The notes beneath the pieces were generated by a model. The model ran no database searches and was not told where the DNA came from. It was given only the letters and a program-made list of their open reading frames with translations. From Pseudomonadota bacterium (lineage in GTDB: Bacteria; Pseudomonadota; Gammaproteobacteria; Steroidobacterales; Steroidobacteraceae), in the NCBI GenBank assembly GCA_016705325.1, contig JADIYJ010000034.1:9685-73684 (forward strand): 64,000 nucleotides of DNA. Direction: 5' to 3'. Below are positions 41,796 to 50,276 of this stretch, piece after piece (position 1 is the first letter of the stretch; every line of letters begins with the position of its first letter). The translations under genes and the position numbers were made by a program.

Positions 41796-43334
41796 TCAGG
41801 ACTGGAGCATTCGGTGAACAGCGAAATCGGCCGCGGCCATGATCGGGATCATCGTGTGCGTGGCCGCGCTGGTCGGCATGATCGAACCGTCCATGACGTA
41901 CACGTTCTCGAGGCCATGCACCTTCAGGTTCTGGTCGACGACGCTGTTCGCCGGCGAGGTGCCCATGCGGCACGTGCTCTGGTTGTGCGCGGAGTTGAAG
42001 GTCACCAAACCCGGCTCGATCCGGAAATCAGCGATCCGCGACAGGTCGTCGGGGCTCCTGAGCGGCGGGAATGCCTGATTGGCAAAGGCGACCTCCCGCG
42101 CGCCCGCCGCGAACAGCAGCTCCGCTCCGCGACGCATGCCGGCCTTGAGGCGCTGTTTCCACTCGTCCTGCATGACGTAGTCGATCTTCGGCGTGACACG
42201 CCCATCCTCGGCCCACTGGTAACTCACCGCACCCGAGGGCTGATCAGGGACCAGCAGCAGCGTTGCCGACAGATTGCGCATGTACTTGCCGAAGCGCTTG
42301 TGCTCCCGCCCGAATCCGGGCGTCATGATCATGACCGGACCGATCGCGCCACCGATTCCCTCGAGCCGAAATCCGCCCAGGCCGCGCTCCACGCTGTTGT
42401 CGGCAAACTCGTCCACCTCGACGGACTGTGGCGCACCGCGCCAGTGGACAATTTCGTCGCCCTCGTCGAATCGCCCGACGAGGCCGAGCTGGGGCTGCAG
42501 CGTGAGGTTCCTGCCCAGCTGCGGCAGCCCGTCGCCCAGGCCGGAGCGCAGCAGGATCGCCGGGGTGAAGATGGCGCTCGCTGCAAGCACGACGCGCTCA
42601 CAGTCGATCGTCAACGGGAGACGAGCTGTGCGCAGTCCGCGCTGGACGACGGTGCAATGCGCGCGCCAGCTGGAGCCGTTGATTCTCTCGAGGCGATCGC
42701 AGCGCACGTCGGTGTAGACGTCGGCGCCTTTCTCCACCGCCCAGGGCAGGTAGGTCAGGTTCGTTCCGAGCCGCGCATCGTACGCGCAGCCCAACAGGCA
42801 GTAGCCGCTGCCGACGCAGCCCTTGCGGTTCGAATGCATCACCTCCGCCGACCAGCCGAGCTTCTGCGCGGTCTCGAGCAGCAGGCCGTTGTTGCGGTTG
42901 ACCAGGCTCTTGTTGATCCGCTTGACGTTCACGTTACGGTGGACTCGGCGGTAGGGCGCCTCCAGGCTCTTCTCTGTCCACTCCGACGTGCCGTAGGTGC
43001 GTTGCCAATGCGCCAGGACCTCCGACGGGATGTCGAACGCGTCCGAAACGTTGATGACCGTGCCCCCGCCATAGCACGACCCCTGCATGACGTTGATCAT
43101 GCCGTCGCTGGTCATCTGCTGCCCGCCGGAGCGGTACAGCATCGGGTACATGTCTTCCTCGCGCTGGTTGAACTCGCTCGCGACGTGGTAGCCCCCTTCT
43201 TCGACGACGATGGTGTCCACGCCAGCCTCGGCAAGGTGGTAGGCGGCAACACCGCCCCCCGAGCCGGAACCGACCACCAGCGTGTGCGTGCGCAGCGAGC
43301 GCGGTCCCGTGATGTCGTGTCCCTGGACGATCAT
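41796..43334 (-). CDS. GMC-family FAD-dependent oxidoreductase
   Basis: N-terminal LVVGSGSGGGVAAYHLAEAG (FAD fold) and the C-terminal HNQSTCRMG...DGSIMPTS typical of the GMC family. ATGA overlap with the upstream small subunit gene. Confidence 0.85.
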   Translation of the reverse strand: MIVQGHDITGPRSLRTHTLVVGSGSGGGVAAYHLAEAGVDTIVVEEGGYHVASEFNQREEDMYPMLYRSGGQQMTSDGMINVMQGSCYGGGTVINVSDAFDIPSEVLAHWQRTYGTSEWTEKSLEAPYRRVHRNVNVKRINKSLVNRNNGLLLETAQKLGWSAEVMHSNRKGCVGSGYCLLGCAYDARLGTNLTYLPWAVEKGADVYTDVRCDRLERINGSSWRAHCTVVQRGLRTARLPLTIDCERVVLAASAIFTPAILLRSGLGDGLPQLGRNLTLQPQLGLVGRFDEGDEIVHWRGAPQSVEVDEFADNSVERGLGGFRLEGIGGAIGPVMIMTPGFGREHKRFGKYMRNLSATLLLVPDQPSGAVSYQWAEDGRVTPKIDYVMQDEWKQRLKAGMRRGAELLFAAGAREVAFANQAFPPLRSPDDLSRIADFRIEPGLVTFNSAHNQSTCRMGTSPANSVVDQNLKVHGLENVYVMDGSIMPTSAATHTMIPIMAAADFAVHRMLQS

Positions 43335-43897
43335 CGTGAATCCTCCAGCAGCATCGGGCCGTCATAGCCCGTGTATTTCCACGTGGCGTCGAGCGTGTAG
43401 AAGTAACTCAAGCTGAAGAACTTCATGGCCATGAAGACGCCTGCCGGTAGACCGCCCGCCTGCAGCATGGCGTTGCAGACCGCGGTGCGTTCCTCCTCCG
43501 AAAGGCCGGAGAACGGCGCCGCCTTCCCGGCCAGCGACGGCGCCTGCTGCTCGACGAAGACCAGCGCCCCCCGAAAGCCCTGTGCCACGGCCGGATCGAG
43601 TCTCGGCAGATGACTGTCGATCCGCGCAGCCAATCCGACATCTCGCGCACCGAGCTCGAACGCGCCGCCGCGCGGAATCATCGTGTCGGTGACCGATTCC
43701 AGGGCCACGTACTGATCAGGGGTCAGGAAATCGAGCGGGGGGATTTCAGCCGCAGATCCGGTCTTGACGAGCATCCCGGTCGAAGACTTCACGGACCCGA
43801 CTGTGCAGGCCGCGAGCGGTATTGCAGCCGCTGCGCCCAGTGCCTGTAGCGTTTGGTTAAGGAATACCCGGCGCGTCATTTCCGGGATCTGGTTCAT
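43331..43897 (-). CDS. Gluconate 2-dehydrogenase subunit 3-family protein (small Tat-signal partner of the GMC oxidoreductase)
   Basis: The twin-arginine signal MNQIPEMTRRVFLNQTLQALGAAAAIPLAA. Size and position immediately upstream of the GMC gene fit this role. Confidence 0.75.
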   Translation of the reverse strand: MNQIPEMTRRVFLNQTLQALGAAAAIPLAACTVGSVKSSTGMLVKTGSAAEIPPLDFLTPDQYVALESVTDTMIPRGGAFELGARDVGLAARIDSHLPRLDPAVAQGFRGALVFVEQQAPSLAGKAAPFSGLSEEERTAVCNAMLQAGGLPAGVFMAMKFFSLSYFYTLDATWKYTGYDGPMLLEDSR

Positions 43898-43936
43898 CGG
43901 TGTGTCTCCGCTGCGAAACAGGCCGGTCGGCACGGG

Positions 43937-45097
43937 TCAGGCATCGATCAGTTCCGGGCCGACGTCGGCGATTCGTGAGACGCCCGCGAGCGCCATCGCC
44001 GTCCTCAATTCATTGTGGACCGTCTCGAGCAGGTCGATGAGCCCCTGCTGGCCCGCCCCGGCGACCGCCCACACCCAGGGCCGCCCGATCAGCACGCCGC
44101 GCGCGCCGAGCGCGACGGCTTTCAGCACGTCGACGCCGCTGCGAACACCGCCGTCGAGCAGGACTTCGACCCGGTCGCCGACGGCCGCCACCACGCCCGG
44201 CAGCTTGGCTATTGACGAGGCCACGCCGTCGAGCTGGCGTCCGCCGTGATTCGAGACGACCACGCCATCGGCACCGACGTCGACTGCACCGCGCGCGTCG
44301 CCCGCCTCGAGTACGCCCTTGATTAGCAGCTTGCCGTCCCAGATCCGCCGCAGCCATTCGATGTCCTTCCACGTCACCGACGGATCGAACTGCTCGTCGA
44401 TCCAGGCCTTGTAGGCATTGAGATCCGTGGGATCCGGCACGACCTCGGACAGATTGCCGATCGTGTGCGGCTTGCCGAGCACGCCGACGTCGCGGATCCA
44501 GCCCGGTCGGGCGAGGAGCTGGCGGAGCTTGCTCAGTCTGACCTTCAGGGTCGGTCGTCCGATCATGCCGTTGCGCACGTCGCGATGGCGCAGGCCCGTC
44601 ACCGCGAGGTCCACGGTGAACAGCAGCGTATCGCAGCCGGCATCGCGAGCCCGGCCGAGCAGCCGCTGCACCACGGCGCGGTCGCGCATCATGTACAGCT
44701 GGAACCAGAACGGCGACGGCGACGCGGCCTGCAGTTCCTGCATGGTGCACACGCCAAGCGTGGACAGCGTGAACGGGATGCCCGCCTGGTCCGCTGCCCG
44801 TACGCCCGTGACCTCGCCACGCCTCGAGAACATCCCGGCCATGCCCACCGGCGCGAGCGCAACGGGCATCGCGACCTTGCGGCCTGCAAGCACGGTTGAC
44901 GTGTCGACGCCCGAGACGTCGCGCATCACGCGCTGGCGCAGCTTCATCGAGGCGAAATCCGCCAGGTTGGCCGCCATCGTCAGCTCGTCGTTGGCCCCGC
45001 CATCGATGTAGTCGAACAGGAAGCGCGGCAGCCGCCGTTCGGCCAGGCGCCGGTAATCGGCCGGCGTTACCGGAGCCACGTCGTGGGTTCCAACCAT
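43937..45097 (-). CDS. FMN-dependent alpha-hydroxy-acid dehydrogenase (LldD / glycolate-oxidase family)
   Basis: LPRFLFDYIDGGANDE, FWFQLY, VSNHGGRQLDG and LLDGGVRSGVDVLKAVALGA. Start taken at the internal ATG (MVGTHD...). The 43 upstream codons of ORF 43937..45226 are a remnant of another gene. Confidence 0.85.
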   Translation of the reverse strand: MVGTHDVAPVTPADYRRLAERRLPRFLFDYIDGGANDELTMAANLADFASMKLRQRVMRDVSGVDTSTVLAGRKVAMPVALAPVGMAGMFSRRGEVTGVRAADQAGIPFTLSTLGVCTMQELQAASPSPFWFQLYMMRDRAVVQRLLGRARDAGCDTLLFTVDLAVTGLRHRDVRNGMIGRPTLKVRLSKLRQLLARPGWIRDVGVLGKPHTIGNLSEVVPDPTDLNAYKAWIDEQFDPSVTWKDIEWLRRIWDGKLLIKGVLEAGDARGAVDVGADGVVVSNHGGRQLDGVASSIAKLPGVVAAVGDRVEVLLDGGVRSGVDVLKAVALGARGVLIGRPWVWAVAGAGQQGLIDLLETVHNELRTAMALAGVSRIADVGPELIDA

Positions 45098-45361
45098 CGC
45101 TGCATTCTCCCCGCGTCGCCGGGCGCTCAGGGCGCCGCGCTCGCGACTACGCGGACGCCGAGGAACGGGACCCATGCAACGAACGCACAGGTCGGGATCG
45201 CAGGAACACGGTTGCTCATGGCTCATCCCCCGGGGGTCGGCATGTGCCGCCCAGTCGATCCATCAGTCCATGCCGCGGTTTCTAGCACGGCGAGGTGGCG
45301 CAGATTTCCCCAGGTGGCACAATCACAGCGGTGGCCCAGCCGACTGTGGCGAGGAATGAAC

Positions 45362-45813
45362 ATGACCAAGGCCCGCGGCTCGAGCGTTCCAGCCAGCTTT
45401 CCGATCCGCGGGTGGTTCGCGGACAGCCATCCGCACTTCAGGCGCGATCTCCTCGCGCTGGCCCGTCCGAAGTCCTATGCGGCCGGGAGAATGGTTCGGC
45501 ACCGCGTCGGCGCTGCTCGAGCGGGGTCGGCGCATTACCGCGGTCGCGCGAACCGACGTGCACCTCCTGCGCGTGCCCGGCGACGAGCTGCGCGGCCGTC
45601 CTGCTGCGCTTGGCGAGCAGGCGTTGGGCGTCAGGTCCGGAAGCAGACACGTCTTCCGAAATCCCGGCCTCGCAAGCGGAGCTCGCAATGCTCTGCAACG
45701 TGTCCAGGAACACGTTCAGCCGCGTCGTGGGAGAGTTCTCGCGCCGGCGACTGGTGGTGCTCAACTACAGGTCGCTGACCGTGACCGAACCAGCGCGCCT
45801 GCGCGATGGCTGA
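45362..45813 (+). pseudogene. Degraded paralogue of the Crp-like regulator at 33173..33736
   Basis: The same N-terminus (M.KAR..SVPA..PIRGWFADSHPHFRRDLLALARPKS), middle (PGEWFGT...RRITAVARTDVHLLRVPGDELR) and HTH (IPASQAELAMLCNVSRNTFSRVV) are present. They are spread over three frames, and ~40 aa of the cNMP-binding domain are missing. Confidence 0.8.
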
Positions 45814-45940
45814 GAACGAGCCGCGACTTTCGAGCAACGCCTGCAATTGGCACGCACCTCGTGCGGCTGCTCGCCCGCTCCTGGCCGACTCCACTGGCTT
45901 CGGCGTGTCCGCAATCCGGCAGTCCCTCGCAACGCCCGGG

Positions 45941-46096
45941 TCACCCTCCCTTGAGCGGACGCTGCTGGGGAAAAGCCGACGCCGCCCGTACGCTCGCGAC
46001 CTGCGCCAGCGCCCGATCGGGATCGATTTCGGCAACGACATCGAACAAGCGCTCCAGATCGCGGAGCGCCTGGATGCTTACTTCGACGCGTGCCAC
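45941..46096 (-). pseudogene. Possible truncated ParE/RelE-like toxin remnant downstream of the RHH gene
   Basis: A GTG at 46096 overlaps the end of the RHH ORF. It reads VARVEVSIQALRDLERLFDVVAEIDPDRALAQVASVRAASAFPQQRPLKGG-stop, which resembles the N-terminal half of ParE-type toxins (A..DL..I..YI....P..A). No intact C-terminal half is present. Confidence 0.3.
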
Positions 46097-46368
46097 GAAC
46101 GAGCCCGCGGGCGTCGTGGATTCTTGCCAGCAACTCTATCGGTCAAATAGTCGAAAGTCGCGGCCAGGGAGTAGGCCTCGCCACTGTCGAACGCCTCGCG
46201 TTCCGACTCAGCCGCTTCGGCCGCGAATCGCTGACGCCGTTCCGACCGCTCCGCTTCGCGTGCCAGCGCATCGACCATGAACGCATGAGGCGTCTGCCCG
46301 CTGCTGGCGGCGAGCCTGGCAATGCGGCGCTTGAGGTCGTCTGGAAGCTTCAGACTGGTTGCGGACAC
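46078..46368 (-). CDS. Ribbon-helix-helix (CopG / ParD-like) antitoxin-type protein
   Basis: MSATSLKLPDDLKRRIARLAASSGQTPHAFMVDALAREAERSERRQRF... is a classical RHH N-terminus. Confidence 0.7.
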   Translation of the reverse strand: MSATSLKLPDDLKRRIARLAASSGQTPHAFMVDALAREAERSERRQRFAAEAAESEREAFDSGEAYSLAATFDYLTDRVAGKNPRRPRARSWHASK

Positions 46369-46564
46369 TGGGCATGCTCCCGCAAGTAGTCAAAATGTAC
46401 TGCCGCGGGGGGCGCAGGTTCAAGTTCGCTTGCTGCCTCCGTGAGACCGCCACACAGCGGACCTGGAGCGGGGCATCGCGACCAGCTGCGACCTTCACGA
46501 TCCGCATGAGCGGACATTCGCGGACTTCGCGTGTGACCAAATGGCGGGAGACGATCGCGACGCG

Positions 46565-46966
46565 TCAGTCCCCTTTTGAGCGCCGACCCAGCGGCCCGAG
46601 AATCGCGCATTGCCCACGTTTGCCACCTGCGCAACGGGCGATTGTCCGCTCGAGCTCCGGCGCGATACGCCGCAGCTCATGCAGGCGCTGCTGGACGTCC
46701 GCAAGGTGATGCCGAGCCAACTGCTCGACTTCGCGGCAGGACAGCGTGGGATCGTCGGGCAGCGTCAGGAGACTACGGATCTCCTCCAGGCTGAAGCCGA
46801 GCTCGCGACCACGCGTGATGAATCGCAGTCGTTCCACTTCCTCGGGCAGGTATTCCCGATAGCCGCTGATGTTGCGTGCCGGATGCGGCAGCAAGCCGAT
46901 GCGCTCGTAGTAGCCGATCGTCTCGATGTGGCCGCCGCTGGCCGCCGCCGCTGCGCCGATCTTCAT
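46565..46966 (-). CDS. MerR-family metal-responsive regulator (ZntR/CadR-like)
   Basis: HIETIGYYERIGLLPHPARNISGYREY...RLRFITRGRELGFSLEEIRSLL, a Cys at the start of the dimerisation helix (LSCREV), and the C-terminal C-x7-C loop (CAGGKRGQC). Confidence 0.85.
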   Translation of the reverse strand: MKIGAAAAASGGHIETIGYYERIGLLPHPARNISGYREYLPEEVERLRFITRGRELGFSLEEIRSLLTLPDDPTLSCREVEQLARHHLADVQQRLHELRRIAPELERTIARCAGGKRGQCAILGPLGRRSKGD

Positions 46967-46969
46967 GGC

Positions 46970-47000
46970 TTGACCCTGCAGCTACTACAGGGTCCAGGAT
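46970..47000 (+). promoter_or_regulatory. MerR-type promoter/operator: TTGACC, 19-nt spacer containing the dyad ACCCTGCAG-CTA-CTACAGGGT, then CAGGAT
   Basis: -35 at 46970..46975, a 19-nt spacer at 46976..46994 and a -10-like hexamer at 46995..47000. The dyad spans 46973..46993. It lies 4 nt from the merR-like start codon and faces the czc genes. Confidence 0.6.
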
Positions 47001-47008
47001 GCTCCGCC

Positions 47009-47314
47009 ATGAGCCCTTCGTCCACGTCCGCCTGCGGTTGCGGGGAGACCGCCGAACGACTGTCAGTCGCTGCGAGTCGCGGCCAGCGCAGCACGCGACG
47101 GCACGTGCGAAGTCACGTCGGCATGCTGCGCATCGCCTGGCAGCGAAGTGATGTGCCTGGGTTCGCCGGCCAGCTGGCACGCATCGTGGCAGCGGCGCTC
47201 TGTTCGCGCCTTTGGGTGCCCGTCGGAAACACGGGTGGTGCCAATGTCAGGGTCTTGCGTCCCATGCCCGTGCCGCCCGATCTGCAGGCGATCCTCGATG
47301 CGAACCGGCGCTGA
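47009..47314 (+). CDS. Hypothetical 101-aa ORF directly downstream of the MerR-type promoter (coding status doubtful)
   Basis: ATG at 47009, N-terminal ...SACGCGETAE, no recognisable family. An alternative Cys-rich frame (47148..47348) overlaps it. Confidence 0.2.
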   Translation: MSPSSTSACGCGETAERLSVAASRGQRSTRRHVRSHVGMLRIAWQRSDVPGFAGQLARIVAAALCSRLWVPVGNTGGANVRVLRPMPVPPDLQAILDANRR

Positions 47315-47347
47315 ACTTGTGCCCAGCGCGCGGCGACCGCTAGACTG

Positions 47348-47731
47348 ATGCTGATGTCGACCGTGCCGTCAATGCCTTTCCGGCTGGAATCCCTGCGCCG
47401 CTCCACGTGGCTCGCGGGGTTCCTGCTGCTGGTGTGCCTGATGCGGGTCGGCATGGTCATGGCCTGTGCGCCGCATGACATCGCCGAATCTCTGGCGGGC
47501 GGTGCTCACGAAGTGGTCGTCGCGCAGGTCGGCGACGACAGCACATCCAACGAGTCATCACCCAATACCGGTGCCGGTCACTGCCTGCACTGCGCCTGTC
47601 ACTTTTCGGCCGCGTTGCCCGCGGCCATCCTCGCCATGTCTGCGCTTACGGGCCAGGACATGCAGGTGCATTTCCAGACGCACCGAGGCAGCGTTGCTCC
47701 CGATCGGGAGCTGAGGCCACCGATAGTCTGA
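47348..47731 (+). CDS. Small membrane/periplasmic protein of the CzcI/DUF2946-like type
   Basis: A hydrophobic N-terminal helix, GHCLHCACHFSAALP and a C-terminal ...RPPI, a pattern remembered from small ORFs that precede czcC. Confidence 0.5.
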   Translation: MLMSTVPSMPFRLESLRRSTWLAGFLLLVCLMRVGMVMACAPHDIAESLAGGAHEVVVAQVGDDSTSNESSPNTGAGHCLHCACHFSAALPAAILAMSALTGQDMQVHFQTHRGSVAPDRELRPPIV

Positions 47732-47802
47732 ACCGCGGATCGCCGTGCCCCGTCGTCTGATCGCACGACGGGCTGCCGTCTGTCGTTCAGAGGATTCCAT
47801 CG

Positions 47803-49101
47803 ATGCCGTTCTTATTTTCGGCGCGCGCCCCTGCGGTTGCGTGCGCCGCCGCACTGATTGTGGCGTTCGCGACGAACACCGCCGCCGGTGACCCTTTGTC
47901 GCCTTCGGATGCGTCGCTCGTGGCACTGCGCAGCGCCGTGCGCGAGGCCTGGGCCCGTCACCCCGCCGCCGAGGCCACCGAACAAACGCTCGTCGCTGCC
48001 GAGGCGCGTACCGTGGCCAGTTCGCGCCCCCTGTACAACCCCGACCTGGAACTGGCCTACGACGACGAAGGCTCCGAGCAGACCACGACCGCCGGCATCG
48101 CGCTGACGCTGGACCTGTCGGGCAAAAGGCGCGCGCGCAGCGACGCGGGCCAGGCCGACCTGGTCCTCGCCGAGGCCGAAGCGGCCTTGCGTCGCAGCGG
48201 ATTTGCGCAGCAGTGGCTGCAGGCCTGGACGGAGCACGGCAGTGCGCGGGAGCGCGTACGCATCGGCGAGGAACGGCTCGCCTTGATGCAGCGATTCGCC
48301 GACCTGGCCGAGCGACAACTCACAGTGGGCGACATCTCGAGTCTGGAGCGCGATCTGGCGCTGCTGGCCCGGGACGAGGCCCAGGCGGAGCAGGCGACGC
48401 TGCTCGCGGACGCGGCCAGCGCGACCGAGGCCTACCGCGCCGTCGGTGGCGACCCATCCCTGCGCACCGACATCGCCGCACTTGGTGTGCCCGCGGCGTG
48501 GACGGGCGACCCGTCCTGGCAAGTCGCGGCCACGCCCGAGGGACGCATCGTGGCTGCAACTGCGGCCAGCGCGGCCACACGCATTGCGATTGCTGAACGG
48601 GACCGTCGCCCGGATCCGACGCTCAGCCTGTACGGCGGCCGCAAGGACCTGGGCACCGGCTCGGAGACCGAAGGCGTGGTGGGTCTCGCGGTCAGCGTAC
48701 CGCTGTTCGTACGCAACAACCTGAGTGCCGAACTCGCGGCGGCGCGGGCGGACGCCTCGGCAGCCACCGCGGAACAGCGCCGAGCCGCACTGGAGCTGCG
48801 CGCCCGCGCCGAGCGCGCGGCCGGCACGTTCACCGCCGTGCGCGACGCGTGGACTCGCTGGTCGCAGAGTTCGGGCACGGATGTCACGACGCGAGCCGAT
48901 CTCCTTGAGCGGTTGTGGCGCGCCGGTGAAATCAGTACCGCGGATTACCTGATCCAGCTCAAGCAATCGCTCGACACCGCGCTGGCCGGTGCCGGCCTGC
49001 GTGGCCGCCTGTGGCGAAGCTACGTGGATGCCCTGTATTCGACCGGCCAGCTCGACGCCTGGGTTGGCTTTGATCGCCCCGTTTCCGAGGTGACCCCATG
49101 A
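47803..49101 (+). CDS. czcC: TolC-family outer-membrane efflux protein
   Basis: 432 aa with a signal peptide and two coiled-coil repeats (YNPDLELAYDD..., LERDLALLARDEAQAEQ). Directly upstream of and overlapping czcB. Confidence 0.85.
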   Translation: MPFLFSARAPAVACAAALIVAFATNTAAGDPLSPSDASLVALRSAVREAWARHPAAEATEQTLVAAEARTVASSRPLYNPDLELAYDDEGSEQTTTAGIALTLDLSGKRRARSDAGQADLVLAEAEAALRRSGFAQQWLQAWTEHGSARERVRIGEERLALMQRFADLAERQLTVGDISSLERDLALLARDEAQAEQATLLADAASATEAYRAVGGDPSLRTDIAALGVPAAWTGDPSWQVAATPEGRIVAATAASAATRIAIAERDRRPDPTLSLYGGRKDLGTGSETEGVVGLAVSVPLFVRNNLSAELAAARADASAATAEQRRAALELRARAERAAGTFTAVRDAWTRWSQSSGTDVTTRADLLERLWRAGEISTADYLIQLKQSLDTALAGAGLRGRLWRSYVDALYSTGQLDAWVGFDRPVSEVTP

Positions 49102-50246
49102 ATCGATCCATCCATCTGGCCGCGCTGGCGCTGCTTTCCGCGCTGACCTCATTGGCCGGTTGCTCGCCACCCAAAGCATCGAACCCGTCTGCCGACACTG
49201 CAACGGAGGACGAGTACTCGGAGGCTGCCGGCGAGCATGCCGACGAGAACGGGGCGCCGCTCAGTATGACGGCGGCGGAACAGGCATCGGCGGGTCTGCG
49301 CGTCGAGACCCTGGCGCCAATGCGGCTCGGCGAAGTGCTGCAGGCGCCGGGCGAGGTGGTCGACAACGCCTACGGCGTCACGCTGATCACACCGCGCGTG
49401 GCCGCGTTGGTGGTGCGCCGACACGCGAAGCTCGGCGACGAAGTGGCGGTCGGCGCCGCGCTCGTCACGTTGTCGAGCGTGGAGGTGGCCGAGGCGCAGG
49501 GCGAACTGCGGATCGCCGAACAGGAGTGGAAACGGGTGGCTGCGCTCGGCCGCGACGCGGTTTCGGGTCGCCGTTACACCGAAGCGGCCGTGGCCGTGGA
49601 GCAGGCCCGCGCCAAGGCCCGCACCTACGGGCTGGCGCCCAACGCCTCCGGACCGGCGAATGGCGAATTCACACTGTCCGCGCCGCACGCCGGCCGGCTG
49701 ACCGAAGACGACTTTGTGATCGGGCAGCGCATCGAGCCCGGTGACACCCTGTTCCGTCTCGTGGATGAATCGACGGTGTGGGTGGACGCGACCTTGCCGG
49801 CCGAGATTGCGCGCCGGGTCGTGGTGGGCAAGGACGCCACCGTCGTTGCCGCCGGAGTGAGCCTGCGCGGCCGGGTCGTGCAGAGTGCGCACCGGACGGC
49901 CGAAGACACGCGCAATGCGCACGTCCGGGTCGAAGTGCCGAACGAAGGCGACCAGCTGCACGCGGGTGACTTCGTCGAGGTCAGTCTCTCGACCGCCGGA
50001 TCCGACATCGACCAGCTCGCCGTGCCGACTGAGGCCATCGTGCAGCTGCAGGGCCAGACGGTCGTCTTCCGCGCACGAACCGGGGAGGAGTTCGAACCGG
50101 TGCCGCTCAAGGTGGGTGCCGTGGTCGCCGACCATACCATCGTGACTGATGGCGTGACGGCTGGTGACCGTGTCGTCGTCGCCGGCACCTATGCCCTCAA
50201 GGCGCGGATGCTCAAGGCGCAGCTCGGAGAAGGCCATGGCCACTGA
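49098..50246 (+). CDS. czcB: RND efflux periplasmic adaptor (membrane-fusion protein)
   Basis: Lipobox LTSLAGCS and barrel-sandwich/beta-barrel MFP sequence (GEVVDNAY...VTLSSVEVAEAQGELRIAEQEW...). ATGA overlap with czcC. Confidence 0.88.
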   Translation: MNRSIHLAALALLSALTSLAGCSPPKASNPSADTATEDEYSEAAGEHADENGAPLSMTAAEQASAGLRVETLAPMRLGEVLQAPGEVVDNAYGVTLITPRVAALVVRRHAKLGDEVAVGAALVTLSSVEVAEAQGELRIAEQEWKRVAALGRDAVSGRRYTEAAVAVEQARAKARTYGLAPNASGPANGEFTLSAPHAGRLTEDDFVIGQRIEPGDTLFRLVDESTVWVDATLPAEIARRVVVGKDATVVAAGVSLRGRVVQSAHRTAEDTRNAHVRVEVPNEGDQLHAGDFVEVSLSTAGSDIDQLAVPTEAIVQLQGQTVVFRARTGEEFEPVPLKVGAVVADHTIVTDGVTAGDRVVVAGTYALKARMLKAQLGEGHGH

Positions 50247-50276
50247 GCGCCAGGTCCCGGTTACCGGAGCCACGTC

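Noticed and set aside
47148-47348. 66-aa Cys-rich ORF (MMCLGSPASW...CVPCPCRPIC) as a metallothionein-like or leader peptide gene
   Set aside because: It has no RBS and no family resemblance, and it overlaps another equally weak ORF (47009..47314). It is mentioned under the MerR/czc finding but not called as a gene.
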